Source: Escherichia coli (GTDB lineage Bacteria; Pseudomonadota; Gammaproteobacteria; Enterobacterales; Enterobacteriaceae). Taken from it: a stretch of 64,000 nucleotides of DNA. Positions 1-9,373 of this stretch are shown piece after piece. The position numbers were made by a program, and so were the translations under genes. The stretch lies in NCBI RefSeq assembly GCF_046105845.1, contig NZ_CP151004.1; one strand, given 5' to 3'. Every line of letters begins with the position of its first letter. The first letter of the stretch is position 1. The notes under the pieces were generated by a model. It worked only from the letters and a program-made list of their open reading frames with translations, was not told the DNA's origin and made no database searches.

Positions 1-922
1 GCGGTTTATCCACCGCCCACATGTGTGCTTCTGCCATCGTGTCCATCAGCACCTGCGCCGTGCGGGTGTAGTTTTCGAAGGCAAAGAGCGGGTCATCACT
101 CAGGCAGCGGGAACCCCAGAAGCGGAAACCGTCTTTACGCACAAGCGTGGTGACGTCGTTCTGGTTCAGCAGACCTGCATCGGTTGCCGGGTCCTGCAGA
201 TCCCAGAACACATCTGCAGAAATTCCGGTGACACCGTTCACGCCCACGTTGGACAGGCTTTTGTGCCATCCGGTCTGCTCGTCAATTTTGGCGCGCAGAC
301 CAAGCGCACGGGCGGTGGCATATGCCGTTGCTTCGGCATTCAGCACCGTGTCCCAGCCAGTAAAGTCAGGCCAGATCAGCATCCCTTCGCGCTGGCTGAA
401 GTTTTCGCGGTAAGTGATCGCCTCCTGCACTGTCTTGCAGCCATACGCTGACAGGTAAGCAAATCCACGCAGGCTTTGCGCCACGCTCAGCAACTCAGTC
501 GCAACGGCTTTGTTATCGTGACCTGGCACGCCGAGAATGCGCGGTTTAACGCCGAGCTGTGTCTGGGCAGATAACAGGGCTTTCATGCCTGTTTTTTTAC
601 CTTCAGCAGTCACTGCGCCGATGATATTGGTCGTGGTTTCTTCTTCCGTTTCACCCTGCGGCACACGCACAACAACGGTCACGGGTTTTGCCTGGTCAGA
701 GATGGCATCCAGCGAACGGGCCAACGTGCCGGACTCACCCGCTTTACCGCTGGCAGTCAGCACATCAGTGATCAGCACGGGTTTATTAAGAGGAAACATT
801 TTTGCATCGGCATCATCGCCCGTGCAGACCATGCCCACGATGGCGGTGCTCACCGTGGTAATGGATCGGGTACCTTCGTTGACTTCAACAACGCGCACCC
901 CGTGGTGGTAATCCTGAGCCAT
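1..922 (-). CDS. FI: Tail sheath protein (P2 gpFI-like), 3' end beyond window
   Basis: Minus-strand ORF with ATG at 920-922 preceded by AGGAGG; translation MAQDYHHGVRVVEVNEGTRSITTVSTAIVGMVCTGDDADA... resembles P2 FI N-terminus; no stop before position 1. Confidence 0.85.
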   Translation of the reverse strand, partial: MAQDYHHGVRVVEVNEGTRSITTVSTAIVGMVCTGDDADAKMFPLNKPVLITDVLTASGKAGESGTLARSLDAISDQAKPVTVVVRVPQGETEEETTTNIIGAVTAEGKKTGMKALLSAQTQLGVKPRILGVPGHDNKAVATELLSVAQSLRGFAYLSAYGCKTVQEAITYRENFSQREGMLIWPDFTGWDTVLNAEATAYATARALGLRAKIDEQTGWHKSLSNVGVNGVTGISADVFWDLQDPATDAGLLNQNDVTTLVRKDGFRFWGSRCLSDDPLFAFENYTRTAQVLMDTMAEAHMWAVDKP

Positions 923-1064
923 AGTGGCGAACCTCCTGATTGGATTAGGCTTCGCCCTATGTTGAAGTGATTGTGCCTGACAAACAGCTAAGCGCAGTTG
1001 TACCGTTATTCACACAAAATGACGGTATTTGTCTGCTTGCAGGGATAATCAAAATAATGCTGAT

Positions 1065-1631
1065 TCAGGGGGATTCATTACTCTTATTTGCCGGAAATTT
1101 TCTATAAATTGTGGAAACACCCACATCAAAAATCAGTGCAATACGCTGTCTTGATTCTCCGGCCTCGAGTAAGCGTCCAATCTGTGCCCACTGTTCGGTG
1201 GTCAACTTAGGACGGCGTCCACCTACTCTGCCTTTGTCGCGAGCTGCAGCAATCCCCGCCCTGGTACGTTCAACTATCAGTTCGCGTTCCATTTCAGCCA
1301 GGGCACCCATGACATGAAAAAAGAAACGGCCCATTGGGGTACTGGTATCAATACTGTCAGTCAGGCTTCGGAAATTCACGCCACGCTGGCGCAACTCTTC
1401 TATCAGCGTAACAAGATGCCGCATACTGCGTCCCAACCTGTCCAGCTTCCAGACAACCAGCGTGTCTCCTGCCGATAGTGTCCTGAGTAGTTTTTTCAGC
1501 CCCGGTCTGTCGGACTTAGTGCCACTGATTTTATCCTCAAAAATCCGCTCACATCCCGCGCAGTTCAGTGCATTACGTTGCAAATCGGTGTTCTGGTCAT
1601 TTGTTGACACGCGTACATAGCCAATAAGCAT
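1065..1631 (-). CDS. Serine DNA invertase (Gin/Cin/Pin/Hin family)
   Basis: Translation from internal start MLIGYVRVSTNDQNTDLQRNAL...; resolvase catalytic N-terminus with Ser in YVRVST motif and C-terminal HTH; lies next to the invertible segment. Confidence 0.9.
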   Translation of the reverse strand: MLIGYVRVSTNDQNTDLQRNALNCAGCERIFEDKISGTKSDRPGLKKLLRTLSAGDTLVVWKLDRLGRSMRHLVTLIEELRQRGVNFRSLTDSIDTSTPMGRFFFHVMGALAEMERELIVERTRAGIAAARDKGRVGGRRPKLTTEQWAQIGRLLEAGESRQRIALIFDVGVSTIYRKFPANKSNESP

Positions 1632-1658
1632 GATCAATCCCCTGAATAAAAACCGTGG

Positions 1659-2060
1659 ATGATGCCAGTTAGCCATTATCTCTGCATTTTCATAAACGTT
1701 GGTTTGGGAGAAGCGGCGAAAAGGGATGTGGGCACAGGAGAAAATCAGATACCGGATATGTCAGCCTGGAAAAGAAATCCGAGTTCTAATCGCTGGAGAA
1801 AATTGCCTGATGGAACCATCATTCAAATGGGAATATCAGCATCAGGACCATTAGGCTCACCTGTAAATATCACCCTGCCGATATCTTTCAGCAATACCAA
1901 TTATTGTGTTGTTGCATCGTACGATAATGCACGGTCAGGTGTGTCAACAATGGTTAGTTTTGCAGCATTGCCTGTTTCACCATCGCAATTTTCCCTGATG
2001 TCATCTGTGACTGAGCAAGGAATAAATCCTTTTGCTTACTGGATTGCTTTTGGAGATTGA
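1659..2060 (+). CDS. Alternative tail-fibre C-terminal variable segment, silent in the present orientation
   Basis: ORF whose residues NVGLGE (1695-1712) are encoded by the crossover site and match LGLGE at residue ~350 of gpH; inversion would fuse it in frame to the constant part of H. Confidence 0.6.
   Translation: MMPVSHYLCIFINVGLGEAAKRDVGTGENQIPDMSAWKRNPSSNRWRKLPDGTIIQMGISASGPLGSPVNITLPISFSNTNYCVVASYDNARSGVSTMVSFAALPVSPSQFSLMSSVTEQGINPFAYWIAFGD
1687..1712. repeat. gix/hix-like inversion crossover site (left)
   Basis: TTTTCATAAACG-TT-GGTTTGGGAGAA, two 12-bp half-sites around a 2-bp core as in Gin gix; 14 nt (1699-1712) are the exact reverse complement of 3537-3550. Confidence 0.65.
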
Positions 2061-2063
2061 TAA

Positions 2064-2483
2064 ATGGACAGATACTTCTATTCACAAAAAGAAAATGGTT
2101 TTTTTACCGATTTAAATAAAGCACCTTCAGATGCTGTTGAGATAACCACGGATGAATGGCTGTTACTACTGGATGGTCAGGATAATGGCATGAAAATAGT
2201 CAGCAATCAGGAGGGATATCCGGTTTTGATAGAGCAACCACCTTTATCAAAAGAAAACCTTATTGCATTGGTGGAGTTGAAAAAAAGAAAACTTATTAAT
2301 GAAGCCAACGAGCACATGAACAGCAGACAATGGCCAGGTAAAGCGGCTATTGGTCGTCTGAAAGGTGAGGAACTGGCGCAATATAATTTATGGCTGGATT
2401 ATCTGGACGCACTGGAACTGGTTGATCCCTCCAGTGCTCCAGATATTGAATGGCCTACGCCTCCGGCAGTTCAGGCCAGATGA
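2064..2483 (+). CDS. Alternative tail-fibre assembly chaperone (Tfa-like), partner of the silent fibre segment
   Basis: 139-aa ORF directly after the alternative fibre segment; C-terminus ...NLWLDYLDALELVDPSSAPDIEWPTPP parallels the active tfa C-terminus ...LDYIDAVTATDTSTAPDVIWPELP. Confidence 0.7.
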   Translation: MDRYFYSQKENGFFTDLNKAPSDAVEITTDEWLLLLDGQDNGMKIVSNQEGYPVLIEQPPLSKENLIALVELKKRKLINEANEHMNSRQWPGKAAIGRLKGEELAQYNLWLDYLDALELVDPSSAPDIEWPTPPAVQAR

Positions 2484-3057
2484 CATCCGGTGCGGTGCTG
2501 GTATCTGTTGCCGTCACCGCGTCAATGTAATCCAGCGCAGCGTTAAGTCGGGCGGTTTCTGCCTGCGTCAGATTCCGTCCGGCCTGTAATTTCAGTTGAA
2601 TCAGACTGATAGAAGCCATTGCTGTATCAATCAGCGACTGGCGCTGTGCTTCTGCTGCATCTACTACGGCGCTATGCTGTGCCTCGGTATCCGTCACCCA
2701 TTTCTCACCATCCCATTTATCGTATGGCGTTAACGGGGCGATAGTGGTTGTATTATCAGGGTAATCACCCGGTGCTGTGATTTCTTTTGATTCTCCTGTT
2801 TCGGTGCTAAAGACAATTTCACCGCGATGGTCTGGTACATATTCCCATGAGTTAAAATCTGCAGAGCGGCAGATTGCATAACCAGCTTTGTAGGTGCCTG
2901 GAGCATCTAAACAGGAATATGCCGGAATGCCGACACCAACAGCAAGATATTCAGTTGAAGCTGAAATATACTCCCGACTCATGACGTCAAAGTTATAAAC
3001 AGTAATTTCTCCTGCCATAGTGGCAATTAATTCACTGTTTAATTCTGCGTTATTCAT
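2455..3057 (-). CDS. G: Tail-fibre assembly protein (P2 gpG/Tfa-like)
   Basis: 200-aa ORF immediately downstream of H; Tfa-type C-terminal motif. Confidence 0.8.
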   Translation of the reverse strand: MNNAELNSELIATMAGEITVYNFDVMSREYISASTEYLAVGVGIPAYSCLDAPGTYKAGYAICRSADFNSWEYVPDHRGEIVFSTETGESKEITAPGDYPDNTTTIAPLTPYDKWDGEKWVTDTEAQHSAVVDAAEAQRQSLIDTAMASISLIQLKLQAGRNLTQAETARLNAALDYIDAVTATDTSTAPDVIWPELPEA

Positions 3058-4598
3058 TATGCAGCCCTCACAATATAGTTAAAAGCGACATTTCGTGGGC
3101 GTGTTTCATTCGCACCTGCAGGTTTAGTCGTTGCCGCAACAACACCACCCTCTGTAATAGCCGGGTTAGGAATTGGGTAATTATCGAAGTCAATGGCCGG
3201 AGACAGGGGCGTGATTTGTTTTAAAATCGTGGTGCCTGTAAAACTTTCCAGAGTCTGGTCGTTAGTTCGTGAAGTCCAGATTCCCCAATAGTGGTTATGA
3301 CTGACAATCGCACCGTCCTGAAGCGTTAATAATCCCCTTCCGTTATCCACTCCACGTCCGTCATCCCAGCCACGAATAAACTCACCGCGTAAATCAGGCA
3401 ATTTATTTGTCGGGTAAGCCTTTGCCAGTTCCGGGTATTCTTCAGCAGAAAAAGCCGCACCATTGCATTTCAGCCAGCCTGTCGGCGGAGTGGCGGAAGG
3501 CCACGGAACAGGCACACCAACAGGTAATGCAGAGCCTTCTCCCAAACCAAGGTATGCGAGAAGACCAGCTACATCCTTTCCACTCAAATTGGTAAGCGTA
3601 TTGTCCAGCGGTTGTTTACCTGCCAGCGCATTAAGCATTGTCGTGGCAAAGTTCGGATCATTCCCCAGTGCCGCCGCCAGTTCGTTCAGTGTATCCAATG
3701 CCGCGGGTGCAGAACCCACCATTGCTGCAATCGCTGATTTTACAAAAGCTGTAGTGGCAATCTGTGTATTGTTGACCGACTGTGCCGCAGTAGGTGCTGT
3801 TGGCGTTCCGGTGAGTGCCGGACTCGACAGTGGCGCTTTCAGTGCCAGCGCATTGTTAATGGTGGTACTGAATTTCGGATCATTGTTAATGGCTACGGCT
3901 ATTTCTTTCAGCGTGTCCAGCGTGGCTGGCGCACCATTAATAAGAGCCGTCAGTGCCGCCTGAACAAATGCGGTGGTCGCAAGCTGCGTGGTATTATTCC
4001 CCGCCGCTGGCGTTGGCGCTTTGGGGGTTCCGGTAAACGTTGGACTTTCTTTGGGTGCATACTGTGAATGCGGGTCCGGCGCGGCAAGATGTTTTGCCAT
4101 CAGGTCATCCACGTACACCTTCAGCTCCAGTGCCTTGTCATCCACATACTTGCGGGTTGCCAGCACTACTGCAGGGTCGATTTTCAGGGTGATATTGTCC
4201 GTGCTGCTGGTAATCAGCACCATGCGCACGGTCTGGGTGCGCCCGCTGCCTTCAGCCAGTTGCGGCTTATAGCTTTCCGGGCAGTTGCCCACGGCAATCA
4301 ATGCACCTGATTCATCAAACAGGCCCACTTCACGTATCCACCAACCGCCCTCGTTTTCAGGGATCACCTGTTCAGCAATAATCTGGCTGCTGTTCTGCGG
4401 GTCGATATAGAGCATATTCAGCGCAGCCCGGCGTTTCTCATTTACCAGTGCCGTCTGCTTTGCGTCCGGCGTTGGCAATGTTCCGCCGCCATCGCCGACC
4501 GCCATATGGGTAATTTTTAAAGGCACACCGAGCGCGGCGGCGCTGGCAAGTTTCGCCGCGCCAATATCCGTCAGCAGGGTATAAAATTTTGTGCTCAT
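3057..4598 (-). CDS. H: Tail fibre protein (P2 gpH-like) with a Mu S / T4 gp37-like C-terminus
   Basis: 513-aa ORF; N-terminus MSTKFYTLLTDIGAAKLA... typical of P2 H; internal repeats (TTQLATTAFVQAAL / NTQIATTAFVKSAI); C-terminus ...RPRNVAFNYIVRAA. Confidence 0.9.
   Translation of the reverse strand: MSTKFYTLLTDIGAAKLASAAALGVPLKITHMAVGDGGGTLPTPDAKQTALVNEKRRAALNMLYIDPQNSSQIIAEQVIPENEGGWWIREVGLFDESGALIAVGNCPESYKPQLAEGSGRTQTVRMVLITSSTDNITLKIDPAVVLATRKYVDDKALELKVYVDDLMAKHLAAPDPHSQYAPKESPTFTGTPKAPTPAAGNNTTQLATTAFVQAALTALINGAPATLDTLKEIAVAINNDPKFSTTINNALALKAPLSSPALTGTPTAPTAAQSVNNTQIATTAFVKSAIAAMVGSAPAALDTLNELAAALGNDPNFATTMLNALAGKQPLDNTLTNLSGKDVAGLLAYLGLGEGSALPVGVPVPWPSATPPTGWLKCNGAAFSAEEYPELAKAYPTNKLPDLRGEFIRGWDDGRGVDNGRGLLTLQDGAIVSHNHYWGIWTSRTNDQTLESFTGTTILKQITPLSPAIDFDNYPIPNPAITEGGVVAATTKPAGANETRPRNVAFNYIVRAA
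3537..3562. repeat. gix/hix-like inversion crossover site (right), inside gene H
   Basis: TTCTCCCAAACC-AA-GGTATGCGAGAA; inverted relative to the 1687-1712 site. Confidence 0.65.
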
Positions 4599-5200
4599 GG
4601 ATTCACTCTCATTGTGTCAATAACATGGACCGCCCCGCCTTCATGCGCGGTGCCACCGGAAATAATCGTTTCGTTGATATACGGATAGATCGTGATTTCT
4701 TCGCCAAGATAGCTGGCGGCTCCCACCCAATGCGGGCCGCTGGTCTGCAGATTGATGGACATGCCGATCATGTGACGGCTACATGGTTTGGCATCGCTTA
4801 TCAGTCGCTCAAGTTCCAGATAGGTATCTTCAGTGATGCCCTGGTCCTGCACGCCGATATCCAGGCGAAACGTGCCCGGTGCCTCTCCGGTCTGCCACCA
4901 CTCAATAATGCGGATCAGAAAGCCGAACGGCTCCACCACCCGCCGCACGGCACTGGTGGTCCCTTTATGCTGATGAATATAAAAAGCATCCTTCACTACC
5001 TGGCGTTTGACGCTTTCTGTCCAGCCCTCGTCCCAGCGATCCACAGAGAACGCCCAGGCGAGATAAGGCAGGAAACTGACCGGACAGGTTGCCGGATTCC
5101 ACAAGTCACGCAGCGGCACCTGCAGATCAGAAATCCCGCTGCAGGTTTGCGCCAGTCGGCGCTCCAGTGGCGTTGAACCCGGTGGCAGCAGACTATTCAT
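4595..5200 (-). CDS. I: Baseplate protein (P2 gpI-like)
   Basis: 201-aa ORF in conserved J-I-H order; ...WNPATCPVSFLPYLAWAFSVDRWDE... motif. Confidence 0.8.
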   Translation of the reverse strand: MNSLLPPGSTPLERRLAQTCSGISDLQVPLRDLWNPATCPVSFLPYLAWAFSVDRWDEGWTESVKRQVVKDAFYIHQHKGTTSAVRRVVEPFGFLIRIIEWWQTGEAPGTFRLDIGVQDQGITEDTYLELERLISDAKPCSRHMIGMSINLQTSGPHWVGAASYLGEEITIYPYINETIISGGTAHEGGAVHVIDTMRVNP

Positions 5201-6101
5201 CCGTTCCTCCGTTGGTTACGCTCCACTGCGTACATGATGCCGCCTGTGTTTTGTTCAGGACCACATCCGCCAGAGGAGAAGCCAGCTCCACACGCTGCAC
5301 ACCCTCAACATGCAGGGCGGCAAAGATGGCGCTACGGCGAATATCCCGACCAAGACGCGTCTGACTGGCGATGTACTTCTGCAGGCTGGCTTTTGCCGCT
5401 GCCATTACCGGCTCTGCTTCCGGTCCCGGATAGAGAAAAATGGTGGCTTCCACGCGATACGGGATGATTTCTGCGCTGCGAACCGTCAGACGGTCAGCCA
5501 CCGGGCGGAAGTTCTCACTGTTCAGAGCTTTTTCCACCACGTCCAGCAGGTCTTTTTCTGCAGTTCCATCGCCTTCGCGGCTAAGGACAGTCAGCACCAC
5601 CTCTGCAGGTGCCGGGCTGGTTGCACTGGCATCCGCCACCCGACCGTCGGCGCTTCGGGCATGAAATTCATAAGCTGCAGTTGGCCCCGCAACAGAAAGC
5701 CCTTCAAAGGCTGCAGGCACACGCAGGCGTAACGCTTCATCGCTTTCCATCACAGCCGCAATGGGTGGCACAGCGTCATTATCAGCAGGCGTCACCGTCA
5801 GGCGTTTCACGTTGTAGTTGGCAGCGAGCTGGTCAAGATCGCCGCCCATCGCGTAAGCCACCATCACAGCCTGCGCGGCTTCGTTAATGCGCTGGCGCAG
5901 AAGCAACTCACGGTAAGCGTTCTCCTGCAGCAATTTGGTGACGGGTTCAGATTCCAGTTCCAGCGTGCGGATCACTGCTTCCTGCTCATCTTTCGGATGA
6001 AGCGCAACAAATTCGGCCTTGCGTTCGGCAAGCAGCGTCTCAAAGTCCGGCACATCCACAATCTGCGGCGCAGGCAACTGCGAAAGGTCAATCACTGCCA
6101 T
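5193..6101 (-). CDS. J: Baseplate protein (P2 gpJ-like)
   Basis: Start placed at internal Met (MAVIDLSQLPAP...) by comparison with P2 J; ORF track gives 5193..6140. Confidence 0.85.
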   Translation of the reverse strand: MAVIDLSQLPAPQIVDVPDFETLLAERKAEFVALHPKDEQEAVIRTLELESEPVTKLLQENAYRELLLRQRINEAAQAVMVAYAMGGDLDQLAANYNVKRLTVTPADNDAVPPIAAVMESDEALRLRVPAAFEGLSVAGPTAAYEFHARSADGRVADASATSPAPAEVVLTVLSREGDGTAEKDLLDVVEKALNSENFRPVADRLTVRSAEIIPYRVEATIFLYPGPEAEPVMAAAKASLQKYIASQTRLGRDIRRSAIFAALHVEGVQRVELASPLADVVLNKTQAASCTQWSVTNGGTDE

Positions 6102-6447
6102 TCTCTGCTCCTGTTGATACGGAAAGGGAAACAGGCACACCGTTATTACGCCGCCCGGTCAGCTCCACCACCATTGAACCGTCAAAATTGCTGTTAATGG
6201 TGATGGAATCCAGCGTCAGCCGTGGCTCCCAGCGACTCAGCGCCACATACACTGCCGACATGACCTGCAGGCGTAATGCCGGATTTTGTGGCTGGTCTAT
6301 CAGTGCCGACAGCAGGGAACCATATTCCCGACGGGCAATGCGGCTACCCTGCGGCGTCAGCAAAATGTCCCGCACCGACTGGCGCAGATGGTCAATATCA
6401 GTAATGGCTTTACCGCTGGTATTGTTCATCCCGCTATAAAGCGTCAT
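6088..6447 (-). CDS. W: Baseplate wedge protein (P2 gpW / gp25-like)
   Basis: 119-aa ORF MTLYSGMNNTSGKAITDIDHLRQSVRDILLTPQGSRIARREYGS... Confidence 0.85.
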   Translation of the reverse strand: MTLYSGMNNTSGKAITDIDHLRQSVRDILLTPQGSRIARREYGSLLSALIDQPQNPALRLQVMSAVYVALSRWEPRLTLDSITINSNFDGSMVVELTGRRNNGVPVSLSVSTGAENGSD

Positions 6448-7022
6448 ACCGGGCCTCCGGTTGTATCGCCGCCTTTCAGGACGCCAGTATGCTGATGCGC
6501 ATCAACCACGATCCCGTTAGAACTCATCGCTCCGCCGCCCTGAGTAACGCCACCATTGACCACCACTTCGCTGTTAATACGCGTGCACTCAGCCTCCAGC
6601 ACAAACTCACTGGTTTTCAGGGTGATGTTATCGGCAGCCTCAATGACCATGGATTTGATGCCCCTGACATACCAGCGCCCGGTGGCAGGTTCGTATTCAA
6701 ACCAGCCACCGTCAGGATGTTCTGTCACGCAGGCGTCCGCCGACGTCGACGGTGGTGCGAACTGATTCGAATAGATGGCGGGCAGCGCAAAAGCTGTTTC
6801 CAGATTACCGCCCATACTCAGCAGCACCACCTGCTCACCTTCCGATGGTCGCCACCATGTCCGGGCATTCCCGGCACGCAGCGTCAGCCAGCTGATCCAG
6901 TTGGTTTCAAGGTCGCCCGTTTTCACCCGGCAAAGCCAGTTTGTCCTGTCCACTTCGGTGACTACCCCAGTGCGGATCAGGTTGGTGATAAGGCGCATGA
7001 TTTCGGTTAATTGTGCGTTCAT
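6444..7022 (-). CDS. V: Baseplate spike / assembly protein (P2 gpV-like)
   Basis: 192-aa ORF, synteny V-W-J-I. Confidence 0.8.
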   Translation of the reverse strand: MNAQLTEIMRLITNLIRTGVVTEVDRTNWLCRVKTGDLETNWISWLTLRAGNARTWWRPSEGEQVVLLSMGGNLETAFALPAIYSNQFAPPSTSADACVTEHPDGGWFEYEPATGRWYVRGIKSMVIEAADNITLKTSEFVLEAECTRINSEVVVNGGVTQGGGAMSSNGIVVDAHQHTGVLKGGDTTGGPV

Positions 7023-7090
7023 AGTGAAAGGTTGCCATCAGGGGAAGAAAGGCGGCAGTGCTGCAACTTGTATCAGTGCTGATACAAAAA

Positions 7091-7537
7091 TCACCCCGCC
7101 AGCCATTGCAGAATCATGTCGCGGGTCATTGCCTCAACATCATCATTTACACCCAGAAGGCGACGCTCTGCGTAACGGACCTCCGGTCCTTTGCGGCTGA
7201 CGCGATCACGTAAGCCGTAGTGATGAACACGGGCAATGCGCTGTACCTTGCCTTCAAACTGCACGCTGGCAGAGTCGGCGCTGGCGGAAGTTTTCAGGTA
7301 TTTTGTGGTGCGCAGCTTTGCAAACATCTGACGTTTGATACGGCCTTTTTTACTGCGTGCTGTTACCCGTCGCGGTTCATAACTGCTGCCATCTGGATTG
7401 CGCTGCATTCTGATATTTTGCTGCTGTGTCCGGCGTAGTTCCTGCGCCAGCTGGCGCATCATGCGGCTTCTTGCGGCTGGCTCCAGATTCGCCAGCAAGG
7501 CACTCAGCCAGTCGTCCACTTTCTGCAGTTCAGCCAC
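7091..7537 (-). CDS. S: Tail completion protein (P2 gpS-like)
   Basis: 148-aa ORF, synteny R-S-V. Confidence 0.8.
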   Translation of the reverse strand: MAELQKVDDWLSALLANLEPAARSRMMRQLAQELRRTQQQNIRMQRNPDGSSYEPRRVTARSKKGRIKRQMFAKLRTTKYLKTSASADSASVQFEGKVQRIARVHHYGLRDRVSRKGPEVRYAERRLLGVNDDVEAMTRDMILQWLAG

Positions 7538-7982
7538 GTTTCACCGTCCACATTTCTTCAGGTTCATCAGGTTCCGCTATAGCTTCAACGCTCGACACAC
7601 TGCCGTCAGTGCTGACCAGCACACGCTCCGTCAGTTGCAGGTTGAGGCTGATATCACAGACATCGTTGCGCAGAATATCCACCTCAAAGGTGAATAGCTT
7701 TTCCCGTAACGCCGGGTTATTGATGGCATCGGGCTGGTTATCACGCAGCCACAGCAAAACCGGGGCCATCAGCAGATTCTGGTCGCCGCTGAAATCCTCA
7801 ATCACCACGTTCAGGGTGTAGCGGTACTCCCATGACATGGAGCTGGCCCCCGTGGCAACCAGCGAACCGTTATCCACAAACAGATGCAGTTTGTCCGGGT
7901 TATTTCGGACATAAGGCACCGCTTTATTGAGGGCGTGGCGCAGGGATTGTGGTTTGTTCACTGTTTCGCTCCTGACACGCAA
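7530..7982 (-). CDS. R: Tail completion protein (P2 gpR-like)
   Basis: 150-aa ORF; ...RYTLNVVIEDFSGDQNLLMAPVLLWLRDNQPD... resembles P2 R. Confidence 0.8.
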   Translation of the reverse strand: MRVRSETVNKPQSLRHALNKAVPYVRNNPDKLHLFVDNGSLVATGASSMSWEYRYTLNVVIEDFSGDQNLLMAPVLLWLRDNQPDAINNPALREKLFTFEVDILRNDVCDISLNLQLTERVLVSTDGSVSSVEAIAEPDEPEEMWTVKRG

Positions 7983-8214
7983 TAATCATGTCCACTTTGT
8001 CTGCACAGACCGCCCAGGCGGCCTCCGTTTCATCCAGCAACTCGTTCAGGTCACCGTTAGTGCGCGGCGCTGCCTGCCCCAGCCGACACGGCGTCACTCG
8101 CGGACAACCACTGACGGTAAGCTGCACCTCCGGTGAGTGCCGGACGTTCCCGCAGCCGGATAATGTCAGCAGGCAAAGGAGTATCAGCCCAGCGGCGTAA
8201 ATCCTCGTTCTCAC
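7924..8214 (-). CDS. Outer-membrane spanin lipoprotein (LysC/Rz1-like), overlapping the 3' end of the i-spanin gene in another frame
   Basis: 96-aa ORF with signal peptide and lipobox-like LTLSGC, Pro-rich; overlaps 8057-8214 of the LysB-like gene. Confidence 0.6.
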   Translation of the reverse strand: MRTRIYAAGLILLCLLTLSGCGNVRHSPEVQLTVSGCPRVTPCRLGQAAPRTNGDLNELLDETEAAWAVCADKVDMIIACQERNSEQTTIPAPRPQ

Positions 8215-8485
8215 GTTTCAGTTCCTCGATCCGGCGTTGTCGTTGTCTCAGCTGTGCGCTGGTCTGTTCTGCTTCGGCATAGAGCCGCGCCTGCTCCCGG
8301 TTATTGGTTTCAGTCAGAATGGACAGGCTGATAAGCTGGCTGTTGCTCTTTGCCAGTGCCTGGCTTTTGCTCTGCAGCTCGTCTGCCTGCGTGCTGATGG
8401 TCTGGCTGGCATCAGCCAGCCGCCACGTCTGCCAGCCCAGCGCCGCCAGTAATAACGCCAGCACAACCAGCAGCAACCGGTTCAT
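8057..8485 (-). CDS. Inner-membrane spanin (LysB/Rz-like)
   Basis: 142-aa ORF with N-terminal transmembrane helix then coiled-coil-like, charged region. Confidence 0.7.
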   Translation of the reverse strand: MNRLLLVVLALLLAALGWQTWRLADASQTISTQADELQSKSQALAKSNSQLISLSILTETNNREQARLYAEAEQTSAQLRQRQRRIEELKRENEDLRRWADTPLPADIIRLRERPALTGGAAYRQWLSASDAVSAGAGSAAH

Positions 8486-8859
8486 GCTGCTACCTGTTGC
8501 GCCATCTGATTACGGGTGATCCAGAAGGCAATAACGGTCAGTAGATAAAAGACCAGGGTAATAGCCCACCCCGTCCAGGCGAGACTTACAACAATCAGCA
8601 ATCGCATCACCCAACTGGTAAATACGTTTTCTTTTCGGGTAATTGTCTTCAGCAAAGATGCCCTTAACTCCTGCCAGAGCGGGCCATTCTTAATTAACGC
8701 AGCCAGTGCTACCGGAATTACCGCCCATGTCAGCAAACAGGCTACCCAAACGCCGGACGCTGCCAGTACCGGAAAAATCCCCTGCGGATACACCATTGCT
8801 GCGATTAACAGCGCCATCCATAACATCAGAAACAGTCCGCTGATTAATTTCTTTTTCAT
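8482..8859 (-). CDS. Lysis-timing membrane protein (P2 LysA-like)
   Basis: Multi-pass hydrophobic protein from MKKKLISGLFLMLWMALLIAAMV...; ORF track start 8931 is probably an upstream extension. Confidence 0.6.
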   Translation of the reverse strand: MKKKLISGLFLMLWMALLIAAMVYPQGIFPVLAASGVWVACLLTWAVIPVALAALIKNGPLWQELRASLLKTITRKENVFTSWVMRLLIVVSLAWTGWAITLVFYLLTVIAFWITRNQMAQQVAA

Positions 8860-8860
8860 T

Positions 8861-9373
8861 TCAGTTTGCTCCCTGTAAGCACCAGGCCATCTCCCGCGCA
8901 CGGCGGTTATCCAGCCCCTGATTAAAAACACCTTTCACATAAACCCAGCGCGGCAACTGTCGGCACGCATCTGCCCAGCGCCGCTGATTGAGTAATTTCA
9001 CCAGCGTGGAACTGCAGGCATTGCCCGTTCCCACGTTGAAGGCAAACGACACCGCAGCGTCATACACCTTCTGCGGCGGCTGTTGCTTCACACACCTTTC
9101 CAGCGCCCGCTCCACACGCAGCACGTTGGAGATCAGCCCTTCTGCTGCCTGTCGCTCCGTAATGGTTTTGCCGGGAATGACGCCTGACGTATTACCAATG
9201 CCGTCGGTCCAGACACCCGCGCTGCACTGATACGGCTGCAGACGACAACCTTCGTAATCAGCAATCAGTTTCAGCCCCTCCACGGAGGTGTGAAGCTGCT
9301 GAAAACCCGGCAGCGTGGCAGCAATAGCCAGCACGGCCCCGACAAGGCAGCGTTTAACGATTGATGGATTCAT
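8861..9373 (-). CDS. Endolysin (lysozyme family) with N-terminal signal-anchor-release-like segment
   Basis: 170-aa ORF; hydrophobic N-terminus CLVGAVLAIAATLPG then LKLIADYEGCRLQPYQCSAGVWTDGIGNT, lysozyme catalytic region. Confidence 0.85.
   Translation of the reverse strand: MNPSIVKRCLVGAVLAIAATLPGFQQLHTSVEGLKLIADYEGCRLQPYQCSAGVWTDGIGNTSGVIPGKTITERQAAEGLISNVLRVERALERCVKQQPPQKVYDAAVSFAFNVGTGNACSSTLVKLLNQRRWADACRQLPRWVYVKGVFNQGLDNRRAREMAWCLQGAN

Larger units (their letters stand above)
1700..3549. other. Invertible tail-fibre host-range segment (G-segment-like)
   Basis: Bounded by inverted gix-like sites; holds the active H C-terminal part plus tfa on the minus strand and a silent alternative fibre C-terminus plus alternative tfa on the plus strand. 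Confidence 0.7.

Noticed and set aside
3463-3963. 166-aa plus-strand ORF (and neighbours 3407-3595, 3973-4272, 4068-4310) inside the tail-fibre gene
   Set aside because: Lies fully antisense to the well-supported gpH gene; low-complexity Ala/Gly/Ser-rich translation typical of an antisense frame in GC-rich repeats.
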